Source: Octopus bimaculoides (lineage: Eukaryota). From it: 64,000 nucleotides of DNA. Both the position numbers and the translations under genes were made by a program. The notes under the pieces were generated by a model. It ran no database searches, was not told the origin of the DNA, and saw nothing but the letters and a program-made list of their open reading frames with translations. The DNA is taken from the NCBI RefSeq assembly GCF_001194135.2, contig NC_068982.1:41912329-41976328 (forward strand), written 5' to 3'. Every line of letters starts with the position of its first letter. Positions within the stretch are counted from its first letter, which is position 1. Positions 39,201-48,931 of the stretch are shown here, piece by piece.

Positions 39201-42086
39201 AACATTACACAACCCCATTTATACCTATGAGAAGTCTACTAATTAAATGTAATAGGTTTATGTTAACATTTTAAAAATTTCAAATTCTAGATTTCTCTAT
39301 TTTTGCCAGTAGAAATTTTTGCATTATTTTTTCAAAGCCTGTCCATTTTATACAACTTTCATACTATTTTAGTATTTTATTAAATTACACATTGTACAGG
39401 TGTGGTTCTTCATGAAGAAAACATTGGATTGCTTTCCCTTGCTTTACTTCAGCTGAAAAAAGATTTAGAAAATAAACCACCTCTGCAGGAAGCACAGCTT
39501 GCTCACCATGGTAATTTTAATTTTTTATGTTTTAAATATCATCATCATTATCGTCATCACATCATCATATCCATCATGATAACCACTAATTTACTGTATT
39601 TTCCAGCATTCAAGTTGAAATTTTCAGGCCAAAATTTACCACTAAAAAATGTAGGTTGACTTATACACAAGACAACTTTGGAGGACCAAAAATTCCATGT
39701 GACATGTAGCAGGATTTTGAAAGATAGCATCAATGTTTGAGTGTTTATACTATATACTATATTCACTTCAGTACCGCCTGGCTGGCCTTTGTGCCAGTGG
39801 CATGTAAAAGCACCCACTACACTCTCGGAGTGGTTGGCGTGAGGAAGGGCATCCAGCTGTAGAAACTCTGCAAAATCAGATTGGAGCCTGGTGTAGCCAT
39901 TGGGTTTCACCAGTCCTCAGTCAAATCGTCCAACCCATGCTAGCATGGAAAGCGGACATTAAACATGGATGATGATAATGTTCACTTGTATGTTGGAAAA
40001 TGCAGTAATAATTCCTTGGTTACCAGGAAGTATTTCTTGGTGTTTTCTATTGTCTCTGTCTTCAAATTTACATTTTAAAAAGTAATTTAGTCCTTTTCAG
40101 GGCTTCTCAAACTGATTGGAGGAAGCAAAAAAGTTAACCACACACTAGATTCCATACTTGAATGTATGCAGCAGCAAGTACTCTGCTAAAAACACTCAAA
40201 GGCAAATATTGGTATTAAACTAAATCATAGATTAAGTCTGTCTCTCAAGAACAAGAACTACCCCTTTGATGGTCTTCTTGCTGTTTCATCCTTATCAAAT
40301 TTCACCCACAAAACTCTAGTTGACACCATACTATGGTAGAGGACAGTTGCCCATTGAGTCATGATATACAATTGGTCCTGAAACCACATAAGTTGTAAAG
40401 CAAATTTCTTCCCCATGCAACTGTATTTTTACCCAAACTGTATCATGCAATACAAAGGGTGTTGCATGATTCTAACATATTAGTTATGCTTGACTGATGT
40501 TTCTATATTAGGGCATTGAGTTATTTTAATTTTCATCCATCCATCCGTCCATCCATCTTTACTCACTATTCTTTGGAGGGTCATTGTGGGTAGGGTCCTC
40601 AGACATCTTCCTCCATAGGATCCTATCAGATGCAACCATCATGAGACCTGCCAGCTGGATTTTCAGTCGTGACTGACTGAGACTATGGTTACTATCCAGC
40701 CGTCTCATTCTTGGTCTACCCCTAGGTCTCCTGCCAGTTGGCTCAGCTTGAAGAACTTGTCTTACATTTCTATTCTGAAACATTTTAATCTCATGTCTAT
40801 AGTACCTGACATGAGATCTATCAATATAAAGAACTTGCAGCTCAACTTGGAGGAGCTCCCTGACTTTTGAGTTATGTGCCATATTGAGTAATGTTACTCT
40901 GGAGATCCTATGAAGGAACCACATTTCTGCAGCTTGTATTTGCAATTATACTCATTTGGCCATTACCCAACATTGGTGATCTTTAGTAAGGATTGACATA
41001 TAAACTGAATTGAAGATAGGAAGTTTTAATTTGTATTAGATTGATATTTTGTATTTTCTAAGTATGAAATTGTAATGATTCTTTTTTTGATTATCTTTAA
41101 AATGTTTACAACTTTCATCTATGTTTTCTTCTTTCCAAGTTTCATTGGGGAGATTGAGTGAAAATATGACCAAAGAGAAGACACCTTTTATTGCACACCA
41201 GAGCATGGTAAAAGCAGCTATATTTTTGTTTGAGAATTTAACGGCTGTTGGAGGGCAATTTACAGAGAAGGACGATTGTTTTGAAGCCATTGCTGACCTA
41301 AGAACATCAGAAGACAAGTAGGTGAAATGTTTACAAATCCTTCCTTCCTCCTTCCTTCCCTCCCATCATACAAGTGATGTAATTCATTTGCACTCTTCTG
41401 GGAAAACATTTTATGGTCAAGGACAGCTATTACTTTACTTGGAACTGGTAAAGATTGGTAAAAAGAAGGACATCTGACTGTAAAAATCAGCCTTAATGAA
41501 TTCTGCTTGACCTATACATGCATGGAAGAGTGGACATTAAAATTCAACATATAATCAAATGTGCCATGAACATCTCTTGTTTTAGATGTATTTCCAATGT
41601 GACTTCTGAGTTTTAAGACAGTTGGATGTAATTTGAAGGAGATTTGGTAGTTATTTTTAGCAGGCTGTATGACCACACAAGGATCTCTCTTTGGTTTTAT
41701 GGTGTATATAAGATTGCATTTTGCATGTACAATATAAATGGAAGGTCAGTTGAATGAGTTGGTGATGTGTTTTTCACAATCTTAGTTTCTGATTGCAAGA
41801 GAGATAACTCTGTCAATACAGACATCTACTTAGAGTCGATTGCGTCAGTTGTATGAGAAATAGTATGCAAGAGTGAGCAGCCAAAACCTATAACATGTGC
41901 TATCTCAGTTCTATATTTAAGAGATGAAGAATTATGTACGTTATTTACAATTGACAGATATTTGTCTTCATCTTGTTTGTTGTTAACACGTTTCAGCTGA
42001 TATACCCTCCAGCCTTCATCAGGTGTCTTGGGGGAAATTTCGAACCTTGGTTCTCATTTCTAAGACATTTTTCGATGTTGTTGTTG

Positions 42087-42133
<47 letters not shown>

Positions 42134-42209
42134 GGCGTAGTGGTTAAGAGCTCTGGCTACTAACCCCAAGATTCCGAGTTCGATTCCAGGCAATGACCTG
42201 AATAATAAC

Positions 42210-42241
<32 letters not shown>

Positions 42242-42615
42242 TAATGATAGTAACAACAACAACATTGAAAAGTACCTTAAGAATGAGAACCCAGGTTCGA
42301 AATTTCCCCAAGACACCTGATGAAGGCTGGAGGGTATATCAGCTGAAACATTGTGTTAACAACTAACAAGATGAGGACAAATATCCATCAATTGTAAATA
42401 GTGTAAATAATGTGCTATCTTATTTAACAAAGTTTTCTTTTGTTGTTTCTGGCCAGGACCATACTGATTTCTTGGAGTATGTTGGAACTTAAATCATGTC
42501 TCCATTTTTAAAATGACAATCTTTTGAGGCTGGTATTAGGCACAGGGCATTAAATTATAAAATGTTGCTTCAAATAAATCCCTTTACAAACTGCAGAAAA
42601 ATAGATGTTTTATAT

Positions 42616-42649
<34 letters not shown>

Positions 42650-44843
42650 CTTTATGATGTGGTGCTCAAGTACAAGAAAATACCAGATATATTAGAGGTC
42701 AATATAGTACATTGCTTTAAACTCTGTAGATCCACATGTACAGTGCTTATCAGAGTACAATACTGCATATACTGCAGAATGGGCTACAACAGATATGAAC
42801 AGAGGAAAACATTTGGAAAAACAACAGAAAACAATACCAGTGATTTTAGTAGTGTATGAATGAATATTTTGAAATATTCATACAACACAGATATTGTTTT
42901 TTGTTGTTATGTCAAATATATGTGTGTGTGTGTGTACCATGTAACCACACATGCTTTTCTTGGACTATTCTTTTCCATCTCTTCAGATCATTCCTCTTTT
43001 CTCTTTCTGATGCTTGAAGCATCACCCAACTCTTTTCTCCATCTTAAACTGAGTGTCAGCCTAACACATGCACTGTATATGTCCTTCTGACACTTTTGTC
43101 ATTTTTGTTTTATTTTTGATTTGGCTTTATATATTTGTGAACAGTGAGGAAATTTATAAATCATTTAGATTATGTTGAAGGGGTTATTAAAACATAATTA
43201 TGTTTTGTATATGTTTAATTAATGTGTCCTTGTTTACTTATTTTATATCTTGTCTATGAACTGCTAAAGTTGATTTTTTTCACTTGAAAATACTTATAAC
43301 TTATGTTCAACTTTGCCCATTTTTCTTTAGCCATTTTGATTCAATCTGAATTTTTTCTTCAATATTCAGGAAAGTTCAAATGAAACTGTGCTTGTTTAAA
43401 GAAAAAGGTATTTGGAAAAAAGAATACTTCCTGAAGTTTAACGATGGGAGTGTTATTGATAAACTTCCACCAGAACTTGTAAGGAAAACCAGATCTGGAC
43501 TTGGTATGTGTTTACCTCTGTATTCTTTTTTTTTTATACTGTTGAAGAAATAATAATAATAATTTCATTGTGTAACAACTCTGTATCACAGAATTGATTT
43601 TTTAAAAACTTTGATACCTGGATATAGTGTTCTCAGATAACACTGTGTAACATGATATTTGTTCTTGGGTAGCAACTGTTATTTCCTATTAGCTTACCCC
43701 TAGAAAGTATGAAAAATGGCTAATATTTCCTTCAAACTTTGCTTTTGTTACATTTATTCAAACCTCAGCAATGCACCTATTGTCAAACTACTAAGGGACA
43801 TGTTGAAGTGGTTAAAGTCAAGCAAGTGACAAGCAAATCTGTGGTATTGAGCAGTGTATTTGCTCTAATGATATTTCTGCTTCAGCAACTCAACACTAAG
43901 TTTGTCTGAAATGTAATAGGAAATAGGTCAGTTTCAAAACATTAATGTCCACATTACAAAAGCAAAGTTTGAAGGGAATAGTAGTCATTAGCTTTGATTT
44001 CTAGATAGAAGCAAATAGGAAATAATACTTACTGACCCAAGACAAAAAAAAAAAAAAGTAACACAACACAATCTAAATTTAGCTAACAAAGAAAATAATT
44101 GAAACTAGAAAAATTCAGAGGAGAACAATAATATTTTTAACTACTACAGCAAAATGAATGTTTGTTATTAATTAGCAAAATCATTAGAGCATTGGACATA
44201 ATGCTTTGTGGTCTTTAGTTATGCACTTTACATTTGAGTTCTATTGCTGCTGAGGTCAACTTTGCTTTTTATCTTTCCAGGATGTTATAATTATTGGATG
44301 ACAGTTTATATAATTCATGTGGCAGTTCTTTCTGAATGTCAACATTTACCTAGTTTACCTCAAATTCATGTTATTGGCTTATTTGAGTTCTTTCCTTTGG
44401 ACTCATTTTGTTTAATAGTACTCTTGTAACTTTAGCAGTCAGATTTCAACTTGTAACCTTACCTTACATGATTTTGTATTATGTACTAAAATAGAACTCA
44501 ACACTAACAATCCTTTCTACTATAGGCACAAGGGGGCTAGTTGATTACACCCCCACCCCAGTACTTAAATGATACTTATTTTATTGACTCTGAAAGAATG
44601 AGAGGCAATGTTGACCTAGGTGGAATTTGAATTCAGAATGTAAAGCTTAAAGAAATTCCACTAAGCATTTTTTCGAACATGTTGACAATTCTGTCAGTTC
44701 ACTGCCTTAAACAATGTACTAATAATATTTATGAGTATTTGGTCACATTTATACAGAACAACAATGACAGATCATGATGACAAGTCAGTCAAGCAGGAGT
44801 CTATTTCATATGTAGATAATGAAAACTGTTATTAAATATATGT

Positions 44844-44892
<49 letters not shown>

Positions 44893-45215
44893 NNNNNNNN
44901 NNNNNNNNNNNNNNNNNNNNNNNNNNNNNNNNNNNNNNNNNNNNNNNNNNNNNNNNNNNNNNNNNNNNNNNNNNNNNNNNNNNNNNNNNNNNNNNNNNNN
45001 NNNNNNNNNNNNNNNNNNNNNNNNNNNNNNNNNNNNNNNNNNNNNNNNNNNNNNNNNNNNNNNNNNNNNNNNNNNNNNNNNNNNNNNNNNNNNNNNNNNN
45101 NNNNNNNNNNNNNNNNNNNNNNNNNNNNNNNNNNNNNNNNNNNNNNNNNNNNNNNNNNNNNNNNNNNNNNNNNNNNNNNNNNNNNNNNNNNNNNNNNNNN
45201 NNNNNNNNNNNNNNN

Positions 45216-45257
<42 letters not shown>

Positions 45258-46335
45258 TGTCCCTAAATATAACTAAGATGTTAGAAACACCCACATTGCT
45301 AGAAATAAGAGCTAAAATGCTCTAATGCTTTAATCAAAGCACATAATTGTATACATATATACTGACTCCCACCCACATTAGCATTGAAGGCAGATGTTAA
45401 ATGTCGATGATGATGATGATATACTGAGTTCTCCTTTTTGGTAAAACTTTGCATATTGCTGTCTATATTAATTTTCTGTATATGGATTAGTGATTCGCTA
45501 AATCATCCATTGGTTTTTATATTGAAAACATATATACTGACAGAATTCAGTCTGAAATCTGCTGAAGTTGAGCCTGTCCTTACTGACAAGGCAATGGAAA
45601 TTGCAAAACTGACCAGTTAGTATAAGGAATTCTTGATCAGTGTTTTTGGGTGATTATAGTCCCTGTCAGTATATGTATACAATTATGTGCTTTGACTACA
45701 GATGTCATAGCTGAAGGTCTTGGCACTTCAGCCAAAAGATTGTTAGTTTTATTTTTCTCTCTTGCACTTTATGCTTACAGGCTCAACCTGCTTCATAGAA
45801 TATATGTAGCAAGAGGACTTATAAACTCATTGAGGAATATGTCAACGGATAGTGCTTTGAATCAAATTTCCCCATTGACTACTGGGAATAGACTAGGTGT
45901 GAACTGGTTTAGCTGTGACATACTTTTAATTTCCATTTGTAGTTAATTCACTTTAAATAAGCTCTAATTCTCCTGAAAAGTGTAAATGCACCATAGATTG
46001 CATTCACTCTTCAAATAAAAGTTTTTGGCATTATGCATACAGGAAAACAAGTAGGAAACCATTGTTGCATAACTTTCCCCCAAAATGCTAGAACATAATG
46101 TTTATTTCTAGAACTAGATTTGAAAACAATACCTTCAAAATTGGAAGGTGTGTGTGTATGCATGTGTATTTTATTTTAAAAATGATTTGCATATTATTTT
46201 TTCCTTGTAGGAATGTTTATGGAAGATCTCCTTCACTTTTCTGAAAAATTACTTGGAGTAAGAGATGTCCATGACACAGAAGAATTGACTATAAAAACGA
46301 TCGACCTTATTGAAAAGGTTCATAGTTATTTCTAA
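25445..46335 (+). CDS. BLVRA: Biliverdin reductase A-like protein (Gfo/Idh/MocA fold), 7 coding exons, 888 nt, 295 aa
   Basis: join(25445-25572,32096-32209,37687-37784,39400-39510,41140-41317,43370-43503,46211-46335) gives an uninterrupted ORF with GT-AG introns and matching phases (2,2,1,1,2,1). Motifs FGVVVVGIGMAG..RIRDL, IGYVSRR, ICTE..AHEE.IR, AGKHVLVEYP, GVVLHEE and F..KLLG parallel human BLVRA (296 aa). Confidence 0.93.
28337..28836. mobile_element. Non-autonomous hAT (Charlie-like) element nested in an RTE-tail repeat
   Basis: Ends CAGGAGTCACCA / TTGGCAACTTCTG, with GACCCC subterminal motifs. 8-bp TSD CTCTGTAA (28329-28336) / CTCTATAA (28837-28844). The flanks rejoin into the RTE-tail consensus. 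Confidence 0.8.
29915..30035 (-). mobile_element. Truncated copy of the same hammerhead-bearing arm (BLVRA-like intron 1)
   Basis: ctatatttaagagatgaggaattatg...ttgttgttaacacaacgtttcggctgatataccctc matches 41911-42017. The minus strand reads cagccGAAACGTTgtgttaac, and the match breaks off at the CUGAUGA box. Confidence 0.85.
32096..32209 (+). CDS. BLVRA: BLVRA-like exon 2 (RKLDLDLLSLTLQEALNRSDVHVIIICTEAEAHEETI-R)
   Basis: ttttttccag|A...ATTAG|gtaagt; 114 nt; matches human [29 protein letters not shown]. Confidence 0.93.
34015..35205 (+). mobile_element. RTE-clade LINE reverse-transcriptase fragment (BLVRA-like intron 2)
   Basis: ORF pieces 34231-34620, 34656-34844 and 34845-35200 with KAPGPSGI, NYRGIKLL, QFGFVPGRST, FVDLEKAFDRVP, QGSVLSP and YADD. 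The 3' end is replaced by a minus-strand SINE piece at ~35215-35400. Confidence 0.95.
37687..37784 (+). CDS. BLVRA: BLVRA-like exon 3 (KSLEAGKHVLVEYPIVMNVTVAKELYQMASSK-G)
   Basis: ttacag|G...AAAG|gtgcta; 98 nt; contains the diagnostic AGKHVLVEYP. Confidence 0.95.
39400..39510 (+). CDS. BLVRA: BLVRA-like exon 4 (VVLHEENIGLLSLALLQLKKDLENKPPLQEAQLAHH)
   Basis: ttgtacag|GT...CATG|gtaatt; 111 nt; matches human KVLHEEHVELL...LKKEV. Confidence 0.9.
40535..41000 (-). mobile_element. Rex3/Expander-like RTE LINE 3' fragment (BLVRA-like intron 4)
   Basis: IQAAEMWFLHRISR...PTGRRPRGRPRMRRLD with a (GGAT)n tail; same family as 19.3-19.7 kb. Confidence 0.85.
41140..41317 (+). CDS. BLVRA: BLVRA-like exon 5 (SLGRLSENMTKEKTPFIAHQSMVKAAIFLFENLTAVGGQFTEKDDCFEAIADLRTSED-K)
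   Basis: ttttcttctttccaag|TT...GACAA|gtaggt; 178 nt, phase 1 to 2; aligns without gaps to human [29 protein letters not shown]. Confidence 0.82.
41985..42027 (-). ncRNA. Second hammerhead copy in the left inverted arm (3-nt deletion in stem III)
   Basis: The reverse complement reads gacac-CTGATGA-aggctg-gagggtatat-cagct-GAAAC-gtgtt. Confidence 0.65.
42312..42357 (+). ncRNA. Minimal type I hammerhead ribozyme (this copy has a stem III mutation)
   Basis: gacac-CTGATGA-a-ggctg[gagggtatat]cagct-GAAA-c-att-gtgtt. Stem I is gacac/gtgtt, stem II is ggctg/cagct, and the conserved core boxes are present. The sister copy at 30 kb gives GAAACGTT (palindromic stem III, GUU triplet). Confidence 0.75.
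43370..43503 (+). CDS. BLVRA: BLVRA-like exon 6 (KVQMKLCLFKEKGIWKKEYFLKFNDGSVIDKLPPELVRKTRSGL-G)
   Basis: ttttcttcaatattcag|G...CTTG|gtatgt; 134 nt, phase 2 to 1, open frame. Confidence 0.82.
46211..46335 (+). CDS. BLVRA: BLVRA-like terminal exon (MFMEDLLHFSEKLLGVRDVHDTEELTIKTIDLIEKVHSYF*)
   Basis: ttttccttgtag|GA; matches human NIFLKDQNIFVQKLLG; stop TAA at 46333-46335. Confidence 0.88.
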
Positions 46336-46379
46336 TGCAAAATTTCGAATTTATATTCCTCTGGAAATTGTAGGCTTAA

Positions 46380-46592
46380 CTCTTTAGCATTCAGATTACT
46401 CTGTCAAATGTAATGCTTATTTATTCACTTTGTTTTAAATTAATCATGCATTATCTCATAGGTTTTGATGATGTGATTGTTTATTTTTAGAATGACATTT
46501 TTGGGTAGGTGTGAGAGGCCAGATCTGTCTGGTCTGAACATAAAACAGGTAGAATATTTTTGTCAGATATGGTTGGTTTAAATGCTAAAGGC
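46380..46592. mobile_element. piggyBac-type MITE in the BLVRA-like 3' UTR
   Basis: TTAA at 46376-46379 and 46593-46596; TIR CTCTTTAGCATT / AATGCTAAAGGC. A partial relative lies at ~3485-3662. Confidence 0.85.
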
Positions 46593-47550
46593 TTAAGAAT
46601 TTCTAGAAAGGACTTACTGGGAGCTATATTAGCAGGGTTGATGAGGAAAACAAAAAAAATGTTCTTAATTTTTCTCGATGGCAAACTTCTTTCGAGATTA
46701 AATGAGAAAGAATTTTCGTAATTTCTGGACATTTGAATCGCATTTAATTCCAAATACTCAATTTTTGAAAGAATTTTATCTTTCCCTTTTGATCTCAGGA
46801 CAAATACTCAATTTTTGCGGGAATTTTATCTTTTTTTTTCTTTCATCCATGATGAAGGGACATCTGATGCATAATACTCACAAAATATTATTACTCTGGT
46901 ATATGTATTTTCCAAATTCTAACTCCTCCCCTCCAAAAAGAAGAGAAAGAATCATGTATGTTACTTGTGCATATTTTAGTATTGGAAAAGTATCTACTTT
47001 GTAAATCAGCCTCCCTGAACATGCTAACTTTGATGACTCTCTGTTTCTTGGTTGTTGCCAATACATTTCATGGCAACCCTGAATTACAATATATATAATG
47101 CAATAAGATTTTTAACATTAGCTTATAGTAGTTGCATGCTTTGGGTGAGGAAGAAGTTAATTAATCCATCACTTGACAGATTTATTAAATAGTTTCCAGT
47201 AGAACCAAAGACAAGTTGACACTGCCATGATTTAAATTCTATACATAAAAAATTCTTATCATCATCATTTAATGCCCATTTTTCATGCTGGCATGGGTTG
47301 GATGGCTTGATGGAAGGTGGCAAGCCAAAGGGCTGCAGGCTGCAGTTGTCTGTTTTGGCAAGGTTTCTATGGCTGGATGCCCTTCCTAATGTTGACTACT
47401 TTAGAGTGTACTGGGCGTTTTTTACATGGTGTCAGCATGAGTGTTTCTCTTTACGTAGCACTGGCATGGGTGCATTTCTATGCAATGCCACCACAGGTGC
47501 TTCCTTATGTGGTACCAGCACAGGTGCTTTTTACATGGTGCTGGCATCTG

Positions 47551-47740
47551 ATCTTGAAAGAAGTCTGCCATCAAGAAAAATTAAGAACATTCCTTTGTTT
47601 TTCTTTTTTTTTTTAACATCAGACCCTACTATTATAGCTCCCAGTACGTCCTTTCTGGGAATTCTTAAGCCTACAATTTCAAGAGGAATAAAAATGGGAA
47701 ATTTTATGTTAAAAATAACTAAACCAGTTAATCTTTTCAA
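47551..47740 (-). repeat. Inverted duplicate of the BLVRA-like stop-codon region and proximal 3' UTR (without the MITE)
   Basis: The reverse complement aligns closely to 46310-46379 + 46597-46698 (e.g. attcctc.ggaaattgtaggcTTAAgaatt..agaaaggac.tactgggagctata...tgttcttaatttttct.gatggca.acttctttc.agat). Confidence 0.85.
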
Positions 47741-48740
47741 ACAATTCTTTTTAAAACTTCAATATTAAAACTCTATTAATTCAGCTAAGAATTTTATCAG
47801 CTGAACTCAATGACTCAATTTTTTAACCAGCAGGCAATAGTGTTGAAGAACTCCACTTCACATTCCAGAATTGGTCAGAACTATTTATATGAAAATTGTA
47901 CCATTACAATTGTAGCTTTATAATTGTGCTATTGGAAGAAGAATTGAATATTAACATCTTTCTACATTGAGCTATTCTAACACTATTTGGAACATTCCCA
48001 GTAAGCAATAACTCTGTAAAAAATGAAAAAATGCTAACAAACCAAAGTAACAGCTAATGTACCTGAGAAACTTCAAATTTTCTTAAATATTCTAATTCAA
48101 ATTGTGCATTAAAATAAGTCCAACTTTCCTTACATCAGAATATTTTCTTTGACATTGAAGTATACTTTTGTTTCAGCCATTCATTATTTTCTGTTAATCT
48201 TTTATCTTCAGAATATCTAAGAAAAATTTATACCATGTTTTTTTCCTTTCTCATTTCACATTTTCTCTTGCATTGGTCAGATGAATCAGTAAGAGAAGTA
48301 TTTTTATACTTGGTTAGTTTCTATAACATTCCCTCTTACTACCACAAAGTGTAGTACCTAACTCTAAACGATATGACAGTGAGTTGTAAGCAGCAGCAGC
48401 AGCTGTAGTGATGTAATATTGTTTTCACTGAGTGTCATGACTTGTTTTAAAACAACTTAGAAAATTAAAAAAAAAAAAAACGTAGATAGGTTCATATTTC
48501 AGAGGAAAAGCTAATGTACTAGTTAGATACACAGGATTAGCCATATGGTTTTGTGGTTGAGAAGTTTTGTTTCACATTTATATAGTATTGGGTTCAATCT
48601 CTCTGCATGCACCTTGGGCAAGTATCTTCAACCATATCCTGTCGCTGTCCTGTCACCACCTCATTTTCATAATTTTGATCTGTGTGTTTTCCTGGACATT
48701 TTCAACCTAAATAGAAGTATGACTGCTTCCAGCTAATTTA

Positions 48741-48925
48741 ACCTTTCGAATATGATAGAGAAATTGAAAACCGAGGAGGATGCGGTTTCTTACTTGCAAA
48801 ATGACACTATATGAACAAAAAGATGCTTCGCGGGAAAATTTACTGGTGGTGCTCTCGAAAAGGATGCAACAAGTGTGTCTGTTAGAAAAGATGCACATGG
48901 TTGGAAGGTGGCTCTCCGGAAGGAC
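48741..48925 (+). mobile_element. Possible Merlin/IS1595 (ISXO2-like) transposase N-terminal fragment
   Basis: Degenerate translation MIEKLKTEEDAVSYLQ...YWWCSRKGCNK.VSVRK..WLEG resembles the zinc-ribbon N-terminus WRC...C...SIR..TWF of Merlin transposases. It abuts the truncated Gypsy. Confidence 0.45.
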
Positions 48926-48931
48926 TTGAAA

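Larger units (their letters stand above)
41906..42409 (+). mobile_element. tRNA-headed SINE-like insertion with long inverted arms carrying hammerhead ribozymes; 11-bp TSD ATGTGCTATCT
   Basis: TSD at 41895-41905 and 42410-42420. The left arm (~41942-42133) is the reverse complement of the right arm (~42201-42400), including (TTA)n/(TAA)n tracts. Central A box TGGCGTAGTGG at 42133-42143 and B box GAGTTCGATTCC at 42176-42187. Confidence 0.85.

Noticed and set aside
42133-42200. tRNA gene (also the tRNA-like heads at 947, 10985, 20850, 32385, 61600 and 63215)
   Set aside because: A and B boxes are present, but there is no complete acceptor stem or terminator, and each runs into a repeat body. 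They are SINE heads.
47700-47880. Second BLVRA paralogue on the minus strand (EKINWFSYF*)
   Set aside because: The similarity covers only ~30 nt of CDS and an in-frame TAA occurs just upstream. It is a local inverted duplication, not a gene.
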